64,000 nt of DNA from an uncultured Acidobacteriota bacterium (GCA_963734695.1 CAVTIL010000009.1:91102-155101); one strand, 5' to 3'. Numbered from the stretch's first letter, positions 9,871 to 21,660 are shown. Notes: generated from the letters alone by a model not told the origin. Program-made: numbers and translations.

Positions 9871-12800
9871 ATGATTCCGGGGCTTTCGGGATCGCTCCTG
9901 TCGCACGACGCGATGAGCGGCAGCCTTGATCTCTCCGCGACCTCACGCGCCGCCAGGCATCGAGCGATGGCTTCAGTCCTGGCACGACCAGTTGACCCGG
10001 GAGCTTGGGCCCTCGAGCGGCGCGCGAACCGTCTACGACCGCGCGGCGGTCCCGCTTGCGAATGCGCTGGGTCTCGGGGTCGTGGTGACGCCAGGACCGA
10101 ACAAGGCATCGAGCGGCATCTACGCGCTTCTGCAGGCCGATCGGACGCCAGTTGCTGTTCTTCTCGCCACGGCGTGGGGAGGCGATCCGTCGGCCGCGTG
10201 GCGTGATGCGGTGCGCTACGGCATCGCCCACAGCCTGCGATGGTGCATCTCGATCACGGGACCAGCCATTCGAATCTTCGACGCCACTCGTACTGTACGC
10301 CAGGCGCTTCGCGCAGTTCGACCTCGAGATCGCCGTTCACGATCCAGCTTCTTTCACGCTCCTGTGGACGCTGCTGAATCGCGACGCGTTCGGCGGCAAA
10401 GAATCGGCGCTCGATCGGGCTGTTGCGCTGTCGGACCGCCATCGGTCCGAAGTCCGGGCCTCGTTACAGCACGGTGTACGAGACGCGCTCGTTTCGCTTC
10501 TACAGGCGTTTGCCACCGCGCGGCGCACGCGGGCCTCCGATACAGCGACCCTGTTCGACGAGTCCCTCATCGTCATTTACCGCATCCTGTTCCTGTTGTT
10601 TGCCGAAGCGCGGGGCCTGGTCCCGAAATGGCATCCCGTCTATCGCGACAACTACACGATTGAGTCCCTCCGGAATCCAACTGAACGTCAGGCAAGACCT
10701 GCCGGGTTGTGGGAATCACTACAGGCCATCGCTCGGCTCGCCCATCACGGGTGTCGCGCCGGAGCCCTGCGCGTTCCACCGTTCAACGGCCGCCTCTTTT
10801 CACCCGCGCACGCGCCCCTCGCCGACTCGCTCGCCCTGGACGACGCCGCGGTCCGCAATGCCGTGCTGGCCTTGACGACGCGGGCGTCAAACGGGGGCCG
10901 ACATCGCATCGCGTATGCGGATCTCGGAGTGGAGCAGCTCGGGGGTGTGTACGAACGAGATCCTCGACTACGCGCCTGCATCTGACCCCGGCGGCGCACA
11001 TCCGCTGACGTTGAAGCGTATCGACCGCCGCAAGACAACGGGGACGTTCTACACGCCGCGCGCGCTGACGGAGTTCATGGTCCGGCGGGCACTGGCGCCG
11101 CTGGTCGGCGACGCCAACCCGGATCAGATCCTGGCCCTGCGAGTAGTCGATCCATCGATGGGGAGCGGCGCGTTTCTGGTGGCAGCCTGCCGATATCTCG
11201 CCTCAGCGTATGAATCCGCCCTGATCCGAAGCGAAGGGCTGTCGTCTTCCGACTTCGACGAGCACGATCGCGCTGGCTTTCGGCGGTCGATCGCCCAGCG
11301 CTGCCTGTTTGGTGTCGATATCAATCCGATGGCCGTCCAACTCGGGCGATTGTCCCTGTGGCTGGCAACCCTTGCGCGCGACAAGCCGCTTACGTTCCTC
11401 GATCATCACCTTCGTGCCGGTAACAGCATCGTTGGAGCTTCGCTGGAAGACATCCTGCGACCGCCGTCATCGACGGGCCGCCTGCGACGACGATCCGAAG
11501 GGTTGCCGTTATTCGATGCGGATCTGATTGATCGGGAACTTCGGGGAATCATCGCTCCGCGCCAGTTGATCGCAAACGAGCCGGGCGACACGGTGGAGCA
11601 GGTCCGATCGAAAGAACGCCTGCTGGCTTCGCTTCGTCGGCCTGACGCTCCGCTGATGTCATGGAAGGCCGTCGCCGATCTCTGGTGCAGCAACTGGTTC
11701 GATGAAGACGGAGCGGCGCGCACGAAATCTCCGTTCGCTTCGCTGGCAGACGAGCTTCTGGGGCGCGGCGCCGTCCTTCCCGGCCACGTATCAAGACCTT
11801 TTCTCGACCGCGCGCGCGCAGTCGCCGAGCGCGAGCAATTCTTTCACTGGCACTTCGAATTCCCGGAGGTGTTTCACGACATGTCCGGGAGGCCGTCGAT
11901 GCGCCCTGGCTTCGACGCGGTCATCGGAAACCCTCCGTGGGAAATGGTGCGCGGAGACCGGGGAACGAACGTCCATCGCGCGGTGGCGGCATTCGCGCGC
12001 GCATCAGGCGTCTATTCCTGGCAGGGTGACGGACACGCGAACCTGTATCAGATCTTTCTCGAGCGCGCGCTCAGGCTGGTGCGCCCCGGGGGCCGAATCG
12101 GCATCGTGCTGCCGTCGGGGTTCGCGCACGATCACGGATGCGCGCACCTTCGGCGGGCGCTGCTCGATCAACATGCCGTTGACACGTTCGTGATCGTCGA
12201 GAACCGCGACGGTGTGTTTCCGATCCATCGCGGCCTGAAGTTCCTGCTCCTGACGGCCTCCCGTGAAGGCAGCACGATATCGATCCCGTGTCGATCTGGT
12301 GTGCGCTCACCGGCGGTTCTCGACACGATTCCGGATGTTGGCGACATGGACGCGGTCGCCGTACGTCGCTCCGTCATCGAAAGGCTCTCCGGCGATCAAC
12401 TGGCGGTCCCCGATATTCGTACCACTGCCGACGCCGAGATCGTTGCTCGAACAGCGTTCCAGTTCTGTGCGCTTGGCGCCGCTGATGGCTGGGACGTGCA
12501 CTTCGGGCGCGAGTTGAACGCCACCGACGATCGAATGCATTTTACGGAGCGTGGAGGGGCGGACCTGCTTCCCGTTCTCGAAGGCAAGCTGCTTCGTCCG
12601 TTTACCGTGGATACTGACAGAGCTGAACGTCACATCGCTGCTACGACCGCTCGGCGGCTGCTCGGCTCCCGCAGGTTCACACGACCGCGGCTCGCGTACC
12701 GGGATGTGGCCGCTCCAACGAATCGTCTGACGCTCATCGCCGCGATCCTGCCAGGAAACGTGGTCACTACACATACGCTTTTTTGCATGCGAAACGCCAT

Positions 12801-13143
12801 CGACGCCAGTGTCCAGCAGTTCCTGTGCGGGATCTTCAACAGTTTTGTCGCCAACTACCTGGTGAGAACGCGCGTAACCACCCACGTCAACGTCTCGATC
12901 GTCGAGCGCCTGCCGGTGCCGCGGCCTTCGGTCGAGTCATCCGAATTCCGCGACATCGTCGCGCTGAGTACTCGACTGAGCGTCGATGCGTCGGACGCGG
13001 CGGCATCGGCTGAGCTGCAGGCATCAGTCGCACGGTTGTACGGGTTGACCGTCCTGGATTTTCAACACGTGCTCGAAACCTTTCCGCTCGTGAGCGCCAC
13101 CGAACGATCGGCAGCCATGCGGTGCTTTCTGGCAAAGGTGTAG
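9871..13143 (+). pseudogene. Large type IIG/PglX-like N6-adenine DNA methyltransferase (Eco57I/TaqI_C-type), split over three frames
   Basis: ATG 9871 gives MIPGLSGSLLSHDAM. Frame shifts lie near 9940, 10297 and 10957 (ORFs 9616-, 9926-, 10152-, 10915-). Motifs seen: IYRILFLLFAEARGLVP, YADLGVEQLGGVYE/ILDY, TGTFYTP, motif I VVDPSMGSGAFLV, motif IV NPPW (11929-11940), and C-terminal GRELNATDD...EGKLLRPF typical of TaqI_C-like specificity regions. No PD-(D/E)xK motif seen. Confidence 0.8.
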
Positions 13144-13168
13144 GAACCGAGAGGAACCCGCGAGTGGC

Positions 13169-14257
13169 TTGAGCCGTACGGCTGAGGCGTATACAGTGGA
13201 ACGTTACATGAACTTCCGGCACCCACGCGCCGCAGTCGCCGGCATCTGGGGTCTCGTACTGGTGTTCGCGGTCATCCAGCTGATCGCGTGGACAGCTCCC
13301 GGCGGCATCTCGCGCACGACGATCATCGTCGTTCAGTTCGTCATCGCCTGGTTTGTCATCCTGATCCTGGCCGTGGTGTCCACGAGCCGGATCGGCGGGT
13401 TGGCGCAGACGATCACCCAGCACGAGCGCGCACGCACCGCGACGCTCGATCAGGTCGAGCAGCTGGAGATGCGCAACGCGATTCTCCAGATCATTTCACG
13501 GTCCGTCGACGTTCCGCTCGCGTTCCAGGCGCTCGCGCAACGCATCGTCCGCCTGGTTCCCTGCGATCGCGTGGGGCTTGCATTGCTGTCCGACGACGGG
13601 CAGGAATTCCAGACGTATACGGCCAGGGTGAATCAAGTCGAGCGCCGCTCCCGGCCGCGGCCCGACGTGGTCTTCAAAGCCGACCGGACCGCGCTCGGCA
13701 CCGTCGTCCGATCGCGCGAGCCGTTGATCATCAACGACACTCGGGTTCACGCCGCAGATTTCCTGGACGTCAACGTGCTGCACACCGCCGGGCTCGAATC
13801 GGCCCTGCTTCTTCCCCTCCTGGCAAAAGGCCGGGCCGTCGGTACGCTCAACGTCGTCTCGCGGCAACCTAGTGCGTTCCACCAGGAGCACGTGGACGCG
13901 CTCCTGCCCATCGCGGAGATTTTTGCCGTTGCCTACGTGGCGCAGCAGCTGCAGGTCGCGGTCGGCAAGTATCAGACGATGGAGGCGATGTCCGAGTTGA
14001 CGCTCTCGATTGCGGCCGAAATCAACAGCGCGTTGCAGACGATCATCGGCCACTGCGATCTCCTCGAGCGTGGCTATCCCGATCCCAATCTTCAGCGCGA
14101 TCTGGCGACGGTCGTGAGGCAGGCGCAGCGCATCACAAACCTGCTCGAACAGATGCGCGCCGCGGCGCAGGACCGGCTCAAGGAAATGGCCGCGGCCGTC
14201 AATCAGGGCGGGATTCCGTCGAGTCCTGAGGCGTACGGGAAGGCAGAGACGCGGTGA
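13169..14257 (+). CDS. Membrane-anchored GAF domain protein with degenerate histidine-kinase DHp helix and no ATPase domain
   Basis: Two TM segments (IWGLVLVFAVIQLIAW; IIVVQFVIAWFVILILAVV). GAF-like core (VPCDRVGLALLSDDGQEFQTYTA...LLLPLLAKGRAVGTLNVVS). The DHp-like box ELTLSIAAEINSALQTIIGHCDLL has Ala where the H-box His is expected. The ORF ends without a HATPase_c domain. ATG 13208 is an alternative start. Confidence 0.65.
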   Translation: MSRTAEAYTVERYMNFRHPRAAVAGIWGLVLVFAVIQLIAWTAPGGISRTTIIVVQFVIAWFVILILAVVSTSRIGGLAQTITQHERARTATLDQVEQLEMRNAILQIISRSVDVPLAFQALAQRIVRLVPCDRVGLALLSDDGQEFQTYTARVNQVERRSRPRPDVVFKADRTALGTVVRSREPLIINDTRVHAADFLDVNVLHTAGLESALLLPLLAKGRAVGTLNVVSRQPSAFHQEHVDALLPIAEIFAVAYVAQQLQVAVGKYQTMEAMSELTLSIAAEINSALQTIIGHCDLLERGYPDPNLQRDLATVVRQAQRITNLLEQMRAAAQDRLKEMAAAVNQGGIPSSPEAYGKAETR

Positions 14258-14262
14258 AAGGC

Positions 14263-14344
14263 AAAAGTTAAAAGTTAAAAGTTAAAAGTTAGAAGTAACA
14301 AGGGATTTACTTTTAACTTCTAACTTTTGACTTCTAACTTTTTT
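14263..14344. terminator. Long AT-rich hairpin built from AAAAGTT heptamer repeats; probable bidirectional terminator
   Basis: Left arm aaaagttaaaagttaaaagttaaaagttagaagt (14263-14296), 12-nt loop, right arm acttttaacttctaacttttgacttctaactttt. It sits exactly between the stop codons of convergent genes (14255-14257 and 14343-14345). Confidence 0.6.
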
Positions 14345-14654
14345 ACCTCCGACTGAGCGCCACGAGCACCGTCACCGTCAACTCCAGCAGGACAACGGCC
14401 GTCACACCGGCAAAGAACCACTGGCGCATGACGACGTATTCTCGGAACGAGACGAGCACGCGCAGAATTGGCGTGGACATCAGGACAACGAGCCCCGCGT
14501 TCAGCAGCCAGAGCGCCGTGCCCATGTGCGAGTTCGACAGCCAGAGGCCCAGCCCGACGGCCAGCAGGGTTGCGCTGGCTATGGCCCCCGTGACCAGCAG
14601 GTGGCCGAGCCGAACCTCGAGCCGTGTCAGCGACGGAGAATCGCCGTCGATCAC
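14343..14654 (-). CDS. DUF1634-like small membrane protein (partner of TauE/SafE)
   Basis: The GTG start overlaps the TauE stop (GTGA at 14651-14654). Hydrophobic segments: LGHLLVTGAIASATLLAVGLGLWL, ALWLLNAGLVVLMSTPILRVLV, FFAGVTAVVLLELTVTVLVAL. Confidence 0.55.
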   Translation of the reverse strand: MIDGDSPSLTRLEVRLGHLLVTGAIASATLLAVGLGLWLSNSHMGTALWLLNAGLVVLMSTPILRVLVSFREYVVMRQWFFAGVTAVVLLELTVTVLVALSRR

Positions 14655-15478
14655 AAAGTTCTCCGCAGATAGATGATGCTGACGAAGACGAGCACGAGCG
14701 CCATCAACAGCTTCAGCCATTTCGCGCGCGCTCTCGCCCCGAACCACAGGCCTCCGCGCGAGCCAATCAGCACGCCCAGCACTGCGGCCGCGGCAAGAGG
14801 AGGATTGATGTAACCATTGGCGTACTGAATCGGCACGGACGCGACGGCGGTGACACCGATCATCAGCGAACTGGTCGCAGCCGAGACACGCATCGGCACT
14901 CCGCACCAGGCGGTGAGCACCGGCACCTTCAGAATTCCGCCGCCGATGCCAAACGCCGCAGAGACATTTCCGGCGATGAACGAGATCCCGAGCGCAACCG
15001 GCAGCCGGCGGACACGATACACGACGTCACCGCCGCTCTCGTCATCATGAAATCGCCCGCCGAGCGGGCCCGGGTCGACGGTCGTGTCCACGATGACGTT
15101 CCGCCGTTCCAGGCGGGTCAGCATCAGGACCGCGATCAGCGCCGTGACGACACCGAAGCCACGCTCCAGCGTGGTGTCCGAAAGATGCGCGACCGTGATA
15201 CCGCCAGCGACGCCGCCGGCAGCCGACGCGACTTCGAGCAGCATTCCAAGGCGGAGATTGATCAGGTTGCGGCCGGCCTTGCCGGCTGAGACGGCGCTCG
15301 ACGTGGCAATCACGGTCACGAGGCTGATCGCAGCGGCTGTCTTGAAGTCGAGCCCGAACCAGGCGTTCAGAAAGGGAACGAGAAAGACGCCGCCGCCGAG
15401 TCCGAGCAGCGCGCCGAGACATCCGGCAACCGCGCCCGACGCCATCACGATTGCGACAATGGAAGGAGTGACAGTCAC
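14651..15478 (-). CDS. TauE/SafE family sulfite/anion exporter permease
   Basis: 275-aa polytopic ORF with LGALLGLGGGVFLVPFL and GIGGGILKVPVL motifs in the two halves, typical of TauE/SafE. Confidence 0.8.
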   Translation of the reverse strand: MTVTPSIVAIVMASGAVAGCLGALLGLGGGVFLVPFLNAWFGLDFKTAAAISLVTVIATSSAVSAGKAGRNLINLRLGMLLEVASAAGGVAGGITVAHLSDTTLERGFGVVTALIAVLMLTRLERRNVIVDTTVDPGPLGGRFHDDESGGDVVYRVRRLPVALGISFIAGNVSAAFGIGGGILKVPVLTAWCGVPMRVSAATSSLMIGVTAVASVPIQYANGYINPPLAAAAVLGVLIGSRGGLWFGARARAKWLKLLMALVLVFVSIIYLRRTL

Positions 15479-15582
15479 GTCGGACGAGACGACTGAATTC
15501 TATCCGATGTGCGTGGGCATCGCTGCTGTGCTCGACTGGCAGTCAGGGCACGATACAATGAGTCTTTCCCCGATACCTTCTG

Positions 15583-17872
<2,290 letters not shown>

Positions 17873-18768
17873 TAGGAACCGCCACCCCTGCGGCCCGAGC
17901 GCGACGGACGATGGATCCGTGCAGCGCCTCGACCTCGATCCGCTTGCCTTGCGACAGATCGATCAGGAGCGACGACCGCATCGTGCCGGGAATGGCGTCG
18001 ATGTAGCTCTCGATGCGCTCGATGACATCGCGCGATACCTGGACACCTTCCGCGCGGGCAACACGTTCGACTTCGCGGCAGCCTTCCAAAAACTGCGCGC
18101 GGATCCCGGTGTCTGCCCAGAGCGGTCCAATCGGGAGCCGCGAGGCACCGGTAAAACCAGCCAGCGTCACGAGGAAGATGAATTTCTCCCAGATTGGAAC
18201 CCGGCCGTCGTCGACGCATTCCGATTGAATGTCGGCGCTGGCGAGCGCATCGTGGACGACACGGACGCGGGCAGACAACCTCGGCAGCTCGCCGAACACC
18301 TCTCCAAACACGATGCGACGATGGGTGCCGGTCTGATCGATGACGCCAGGCGCCGTCAACGCTGTGGCGACATACGTCGTGCCACCGATCACGACGGATT
18401 CACCCGCGACGCGGGCGACCTCCTGCGCACTGTCGACACCGTTCTGAAGCGTCAGCACGGATGAATCAGGGCCCAGCATCGGACGTATCAGCGGCAGCGC
18501 CGTTGGATTGTCGTACGTCTTCACCGCCAGCAGCACAACATCAACGCGACCGACCCGCGACGTGTCTTCCTCGGCCGATGCTCTGACCGTGAAATCGCCG
18601 AGCATCGGGCTGCGGATCGAGAGACCGCGCTCGCGGATGGCGGTGAGGTGCGCGCCGCGCGCGATGAACGTGACGTCGTGGCCGGCGCGGGCGAGCCTGG
18701 CGCCGTAGTAGCCGCCAACGGCACCCGATCCGAGAATGGCGAATCGCATGACTTGAGGCGCTTTCTAG

Positions 18769-18903
18769 GTTGCTACAGGGTTCTCCTGGGTTCTACGGGG
18801 TTCTACCATGTTCGTTCTACATTCGGGCTGCTACGGGGTGCGGCAGGACTCGCGGCATTCAAAGAACCCGGTAGAACCTTGCAGAACCTCGCAGAACCTA
18901 AAC
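18769..18903. repeat. Intergenic GGTTCTAC-type decamer repeat element arranged as an inverted repeat
   Basis: Left: ctacagggttctcctgggttctacggggttctaccatgttcgttctac. Right: gaacccggtagaaccttgcagaacctcgcagaacc. The same motif family occurs at 21618-21660 and 45508-45572, with a fragment at 46690-46700. Confidence 0.8.
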
Positions 18904-18952
18904 GGCATCGCCCCCAGCGGAGCAAGACTGTAACATGCCCGATTTTCGGCCT

Positions 18953-18982
18953 TTCGAGGAGACCCTGTACGCGTGCTAGAAT
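18953..18982 (+). promoter_or_regulatory. Candidate sigma-70 promoter with extended -10 (TGcTAGAAT)
   Basis: TTCGAG - 18 nt - TGcTAGAAT (18974-18982), about 55 nt upstream of ATG 19036. Confidence 0.3.
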
Positions 18983-20769
18983 CGCCGCACCAGGCCGAGC
19001 GCCGGGCGGAAGTGCCGCCCCGCCCGGGACAGAGCATGGCCGCCCGCCTTACCACTTACGTTGTCGTCGGCATCGTTGCCGCCACGCTTATCGCCGGCCT
19101 GATCGTCGGCGCGCAGCGCGACGACAACGACGGGCCGGTCGATCTGATTGTGTTCAACGGCAAGGTCTACACGGCTGATGCCTCGGGCTCGATGGCGGAA
19201 GCCGTGGCCGTGCGCGGGAACCAGATCCTGCGTGTCGGCAGCAATCGCGAGATCAATCGTCTTCGCCGGCCACAGACCATCCTGGTCGACGCGAAGGGCG
19301 CCGCGGTCCTTCCGGGATTCAACGACGCTAGCACCGGGTTTATCGAGGGAGGACTCGCGCTCAGTGGTGTCGATCTCGCCGACGCCTCAACCGTTGACGA
19401 GATTCAGTCACGAGTGAAGGTGTGGGCCGAGTCGAACCCCGATGGCGGGTGGATTGTCGGGCGCGGGTGGAGTGTGGGCGCGCTGGCCACCACCCCCACA
19501 CGTCAACTGCTAGATGCTGCAATATCGGATCGTCCGGTCTGCCTGTTTTCGGACGATGGGCGCGCGGCGTGGCTCAATACCAGGGCGCTTCAGAGCGCCG
19601 GGATAACCCGCCGAAGTGCTGTTCCGGCCGATGGCACCATCGTGAAGGACCCTCGAGCCGGAACACCCTCGGGCGTGCTGAAGGGATCGGCTGTCGCGCT
19701 GGTGACAAAGGTGATGCCGCGGCCGTCGCACGACGAGCGGGCCAGAGGCCTCCGTGATGCCATCGAGGAAGCGCACCGCAACGGGGTCACGAGCATTCAA
19801 GACACCGTACAACACGCCGATGACTTCCTCCTGTACGACGAGGTCCGCCGCGCTGGTGACCTGGGCGTCCGCGTGTACGCGTCCACCCCCGTCGGCAGCG
19901 AGCCGGAATCGGAAACCTTCAAGAGGATGGCAGCGCTCGCCGATCGATACCCTGACGACCCGCTCTTCAAGATGGGCGGCGTGACGATTCCTGTCGACGG
20001 ATCGGTGGAATCATTTGAAGCGGCTCTCCTGCAACCGTACGAGGCGCGACCCGAGGAAGCCGGACCTTCGCGTGTCGAGCCCGACACGCTCAACCGCCTG
20101 GTGCGGCTGCTGGATGCACGCGGCTGGCAGGTGACCATTGACGCATCTGGCGATCGCGCCGTCCACATGGCGCTTGACGCGTTCGAGCACGCAGTCCGTT
20201 CGAACGCCGTGCCCGATCATGGCCGCCGCAATCGCGTCGAAGGCGTGGCGCTCGTCGATGCCGCCGATGTACCTCGCTTCGGCCGTCTTGCCACGATCGC
20301 GACGATTCACCCGTACGACGAGAGCCCGACGACCGAGCGATTGGAATCGTGGGCCAGGGCCGTCGGGCCCGAGCGGGCTTCACGGGCGTGGCCGGCCGGA
20401 AGCATCGTTTCGGCACGAGGACAGCTCGCCTTCACGACGGACTGGCCGGATTCGCCGTTGAATCCGCTCGCGGCGATGCAGATCGGTGTCACGCGCGCCA
20501 CTCCCGATGGATTGCCCGATGGAGGATGGAGTCCGGCCGAGCGGGTCAGCCTGAAACGGGCGATCAACGCGTTCACATCCGTGCCGGCATACGCCTCGTT
20601 CGACGAACAACGCAAAGGTTCGTTGAAGAAAGGCATGCTGGCCGATCTCGTCGTCTTGTCAGCGGACATCTTCGAAGAGCCCGAAGCGGACCTGGGGCAG
20701 ACCGCAGTGGTCACGACGATTTTCGATGGCAAGATCGTGTATCAGCGAAGCGCGAAGTCAACCAACTGA
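18973..20769 (+). CDS. Amidohydrolase family (YtcJ-like metal-dependent hydrolase), membrane-anchored or secreted
   Basis: The likely true start is ATG 19036 (MAARLTTYVVVGIVAATLIAGLIV). DLIVFNGKVYTAD...AVAVRGNQILRVGS...LPGFNDA is typical of amidohydrolase_3. Intact. Confidence 0.75.
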   Translation: MLESPHQAERRAEVPPRPGQSMAARLTTYVVVGIVAATLIAGLIVGAQRDDNDGPVDLIVFNGKVYTADASGSMAEAVAVRGNQILRVGSNREINRLRRPQTILVDAKGAAVLPGFNDASTGFIEGGLALSGVDLADASTVDEIQSRVKVWAESNPDGGWIVGRGWSVGALATTPTRQLLDAAISDRPVCLFSDDGRAAWLNTRALQSAGITRRSAVPADGTIVKDPRAGTPSGVLKGSAVALVTKVMPRPSHDERARGLRDAIEEAHRNGVTSIQDTVQHADDFLLYDEVRRAGDLGVRVYASTPVGSEPESETFKRMAALADRYPDDPLFKMGGVTIPVDGSVESFEAALLQPYEARPEEAGPSRVEPDTLNRLVRLLDARGWQVTIDASGDRAVHMALDAFEHAVRSNAVPDHGRRNRVEGVALVDAADVPRFGRLATIATIHPYDESPTTERLESWARAVGPERASRAWPAGSIVSARGQLAFTTDWPDSPLNPLAAMQIGVTRATPDGLPDGGWSPAERVSLKRAINAFTSVPAYASFDEQRKGSLKKGMLADLVVLSADIFEEPEADLGQTAVVTTIFDGKIVYQRSAKSTN

Positions 20770-20805
20770 CTCCATCCCTGTCTTCGCCACGCGTCTCCCA
20801 AATGC

Positions 20806-21609
20806 TTGTCGCCCCAGAGCCTGAGGCCGTCGCCTGATCGGCCGCCGATGGATCTTGTCAATCTTCCAGCGCCCACCTTCACGGCGGTTGATGGCGTCAC
20901 CCAGGGGACAGCGGCGCTTGTGTATCTCGCGATAGGAGCCGCCGCCTGGCTGCGGGCGCCATCGGACATCCGCACGAGAGTCTTCTTCGTATTCTCGCTT
21001 GCAAACCTGATCGTCTTCGGCATTCCGACATTCTGGTGGCTGCGCGGGCTCACCGATCCCACCAAATTGCCGTTCGGTGCCACCGCCGTGGTGATGGCGG
21101 CACTGGGCGTGGGAGCACTGCTGCTCTTCCACTTCACGCAGGTATTTCCCCGGCGCCGACCGTGGATCAGAGCGGCCGGTCCGCAAATGGCGATCGCCTA
21201 TGCATTGGTGCCTGCCGCAATCGTGGGTCTCCTCCGCTTCCTGCCCAACAGTCTCGACAAGCTGACGGTCCAGTACACAGTCGCGTTGCTGGTGTTCGGG
21301 TTTCCCCTGCTCGTGTTGTTGGGCCTGGTCCTGCCAGTCACAGCGATCGTGTCGCTCCTGAGAAGCTACCGCGAGATCCGCGAAGGGCCGCTGGCGCACC
21401 TCAAGACCCCGCTCGAATTGATCCTGCTCAGCCAGATCGCCGGGGGTACGCTCGCGATTCTGTTTGCGCCGGTGCTCGCCGTGCTGGCACCCAACGGCTG
21501 GGTGCAATCGGCGCTGACCGTGCTGATCTGGGCGATAGGCCTGTTGACACCGTTCGCGTTTGCCGCTGCGGTCTTCAGGCTCCACGTTCTCGACATCAAT
21601 CCCGAATAG
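20806..21609 (+). CDS. Polytopic membrane protein, unknown function
   Basis: 267-aa ORF with about 7 hydrophobic segments and no output domain. ATG 20848 is an alternative start. Confidence 0.5.
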   Translation: MSPQSLRPSPDRPPMDLVNLPAPTFTAVDGVTQGTAALVYLAIGAAAWLRAPSDIRTRVFFVFSLANLIVFGIPTFWWLRGLTDPTKLPFGATAVVMAALGVGALLLFHFTQVFPRRRPWIRAAGPQMAIAYALVPAAIVGLLRFLPNSLDKLTVQYTVALLVFGFPLLVLLGLVLPVTAIVSLLRSYREIREGPLAHLKTPLELILLSQIAGGTLAILFAPVLAVLAPNGWVQSALTVLIWAIGLLTPFAFAAAVFRLHVLDINPE

Positions 21610-21617
21610 CCAGCTCA

Positions 21618-21660
21618 GGTTCTACGGGGTTCTGCCAGGTTCTACAGGGTTCGTTCTGCG
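21618..21660. repeat. GGTTCTAC-type decamer repeat element (half copy)
   Basis: aggttctacggggttctgccaggttctacagggttcgttctgcg, ending in the same ggttcgttct as the other copies. It overlaps the last codons of the permease ORF. Confidence 0.75.

Noticed and set aside
8609-10231. 540-aa minus-strand ORF antisense to the helicase/methyltransferase junction, and similar antisense ORFs at 15475-16521, 40521-43955, 55387-56364, 56696-58063
   Set aside because: Each overlaps a strongly supported sense gene and shows Arg/Gly/Asp-rich, motif-free sequence. These are high-GC artefacts.
14258-14344. CRISPR-like arrays at the tandem repeat loci (14258-14344, 18769-18903, 24149-24206, 30936-30980, 45508-45572)
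   Set aside because: The repeat units are only 7-10 nt, directly abutting, with no spacers and no cas genes in the window.
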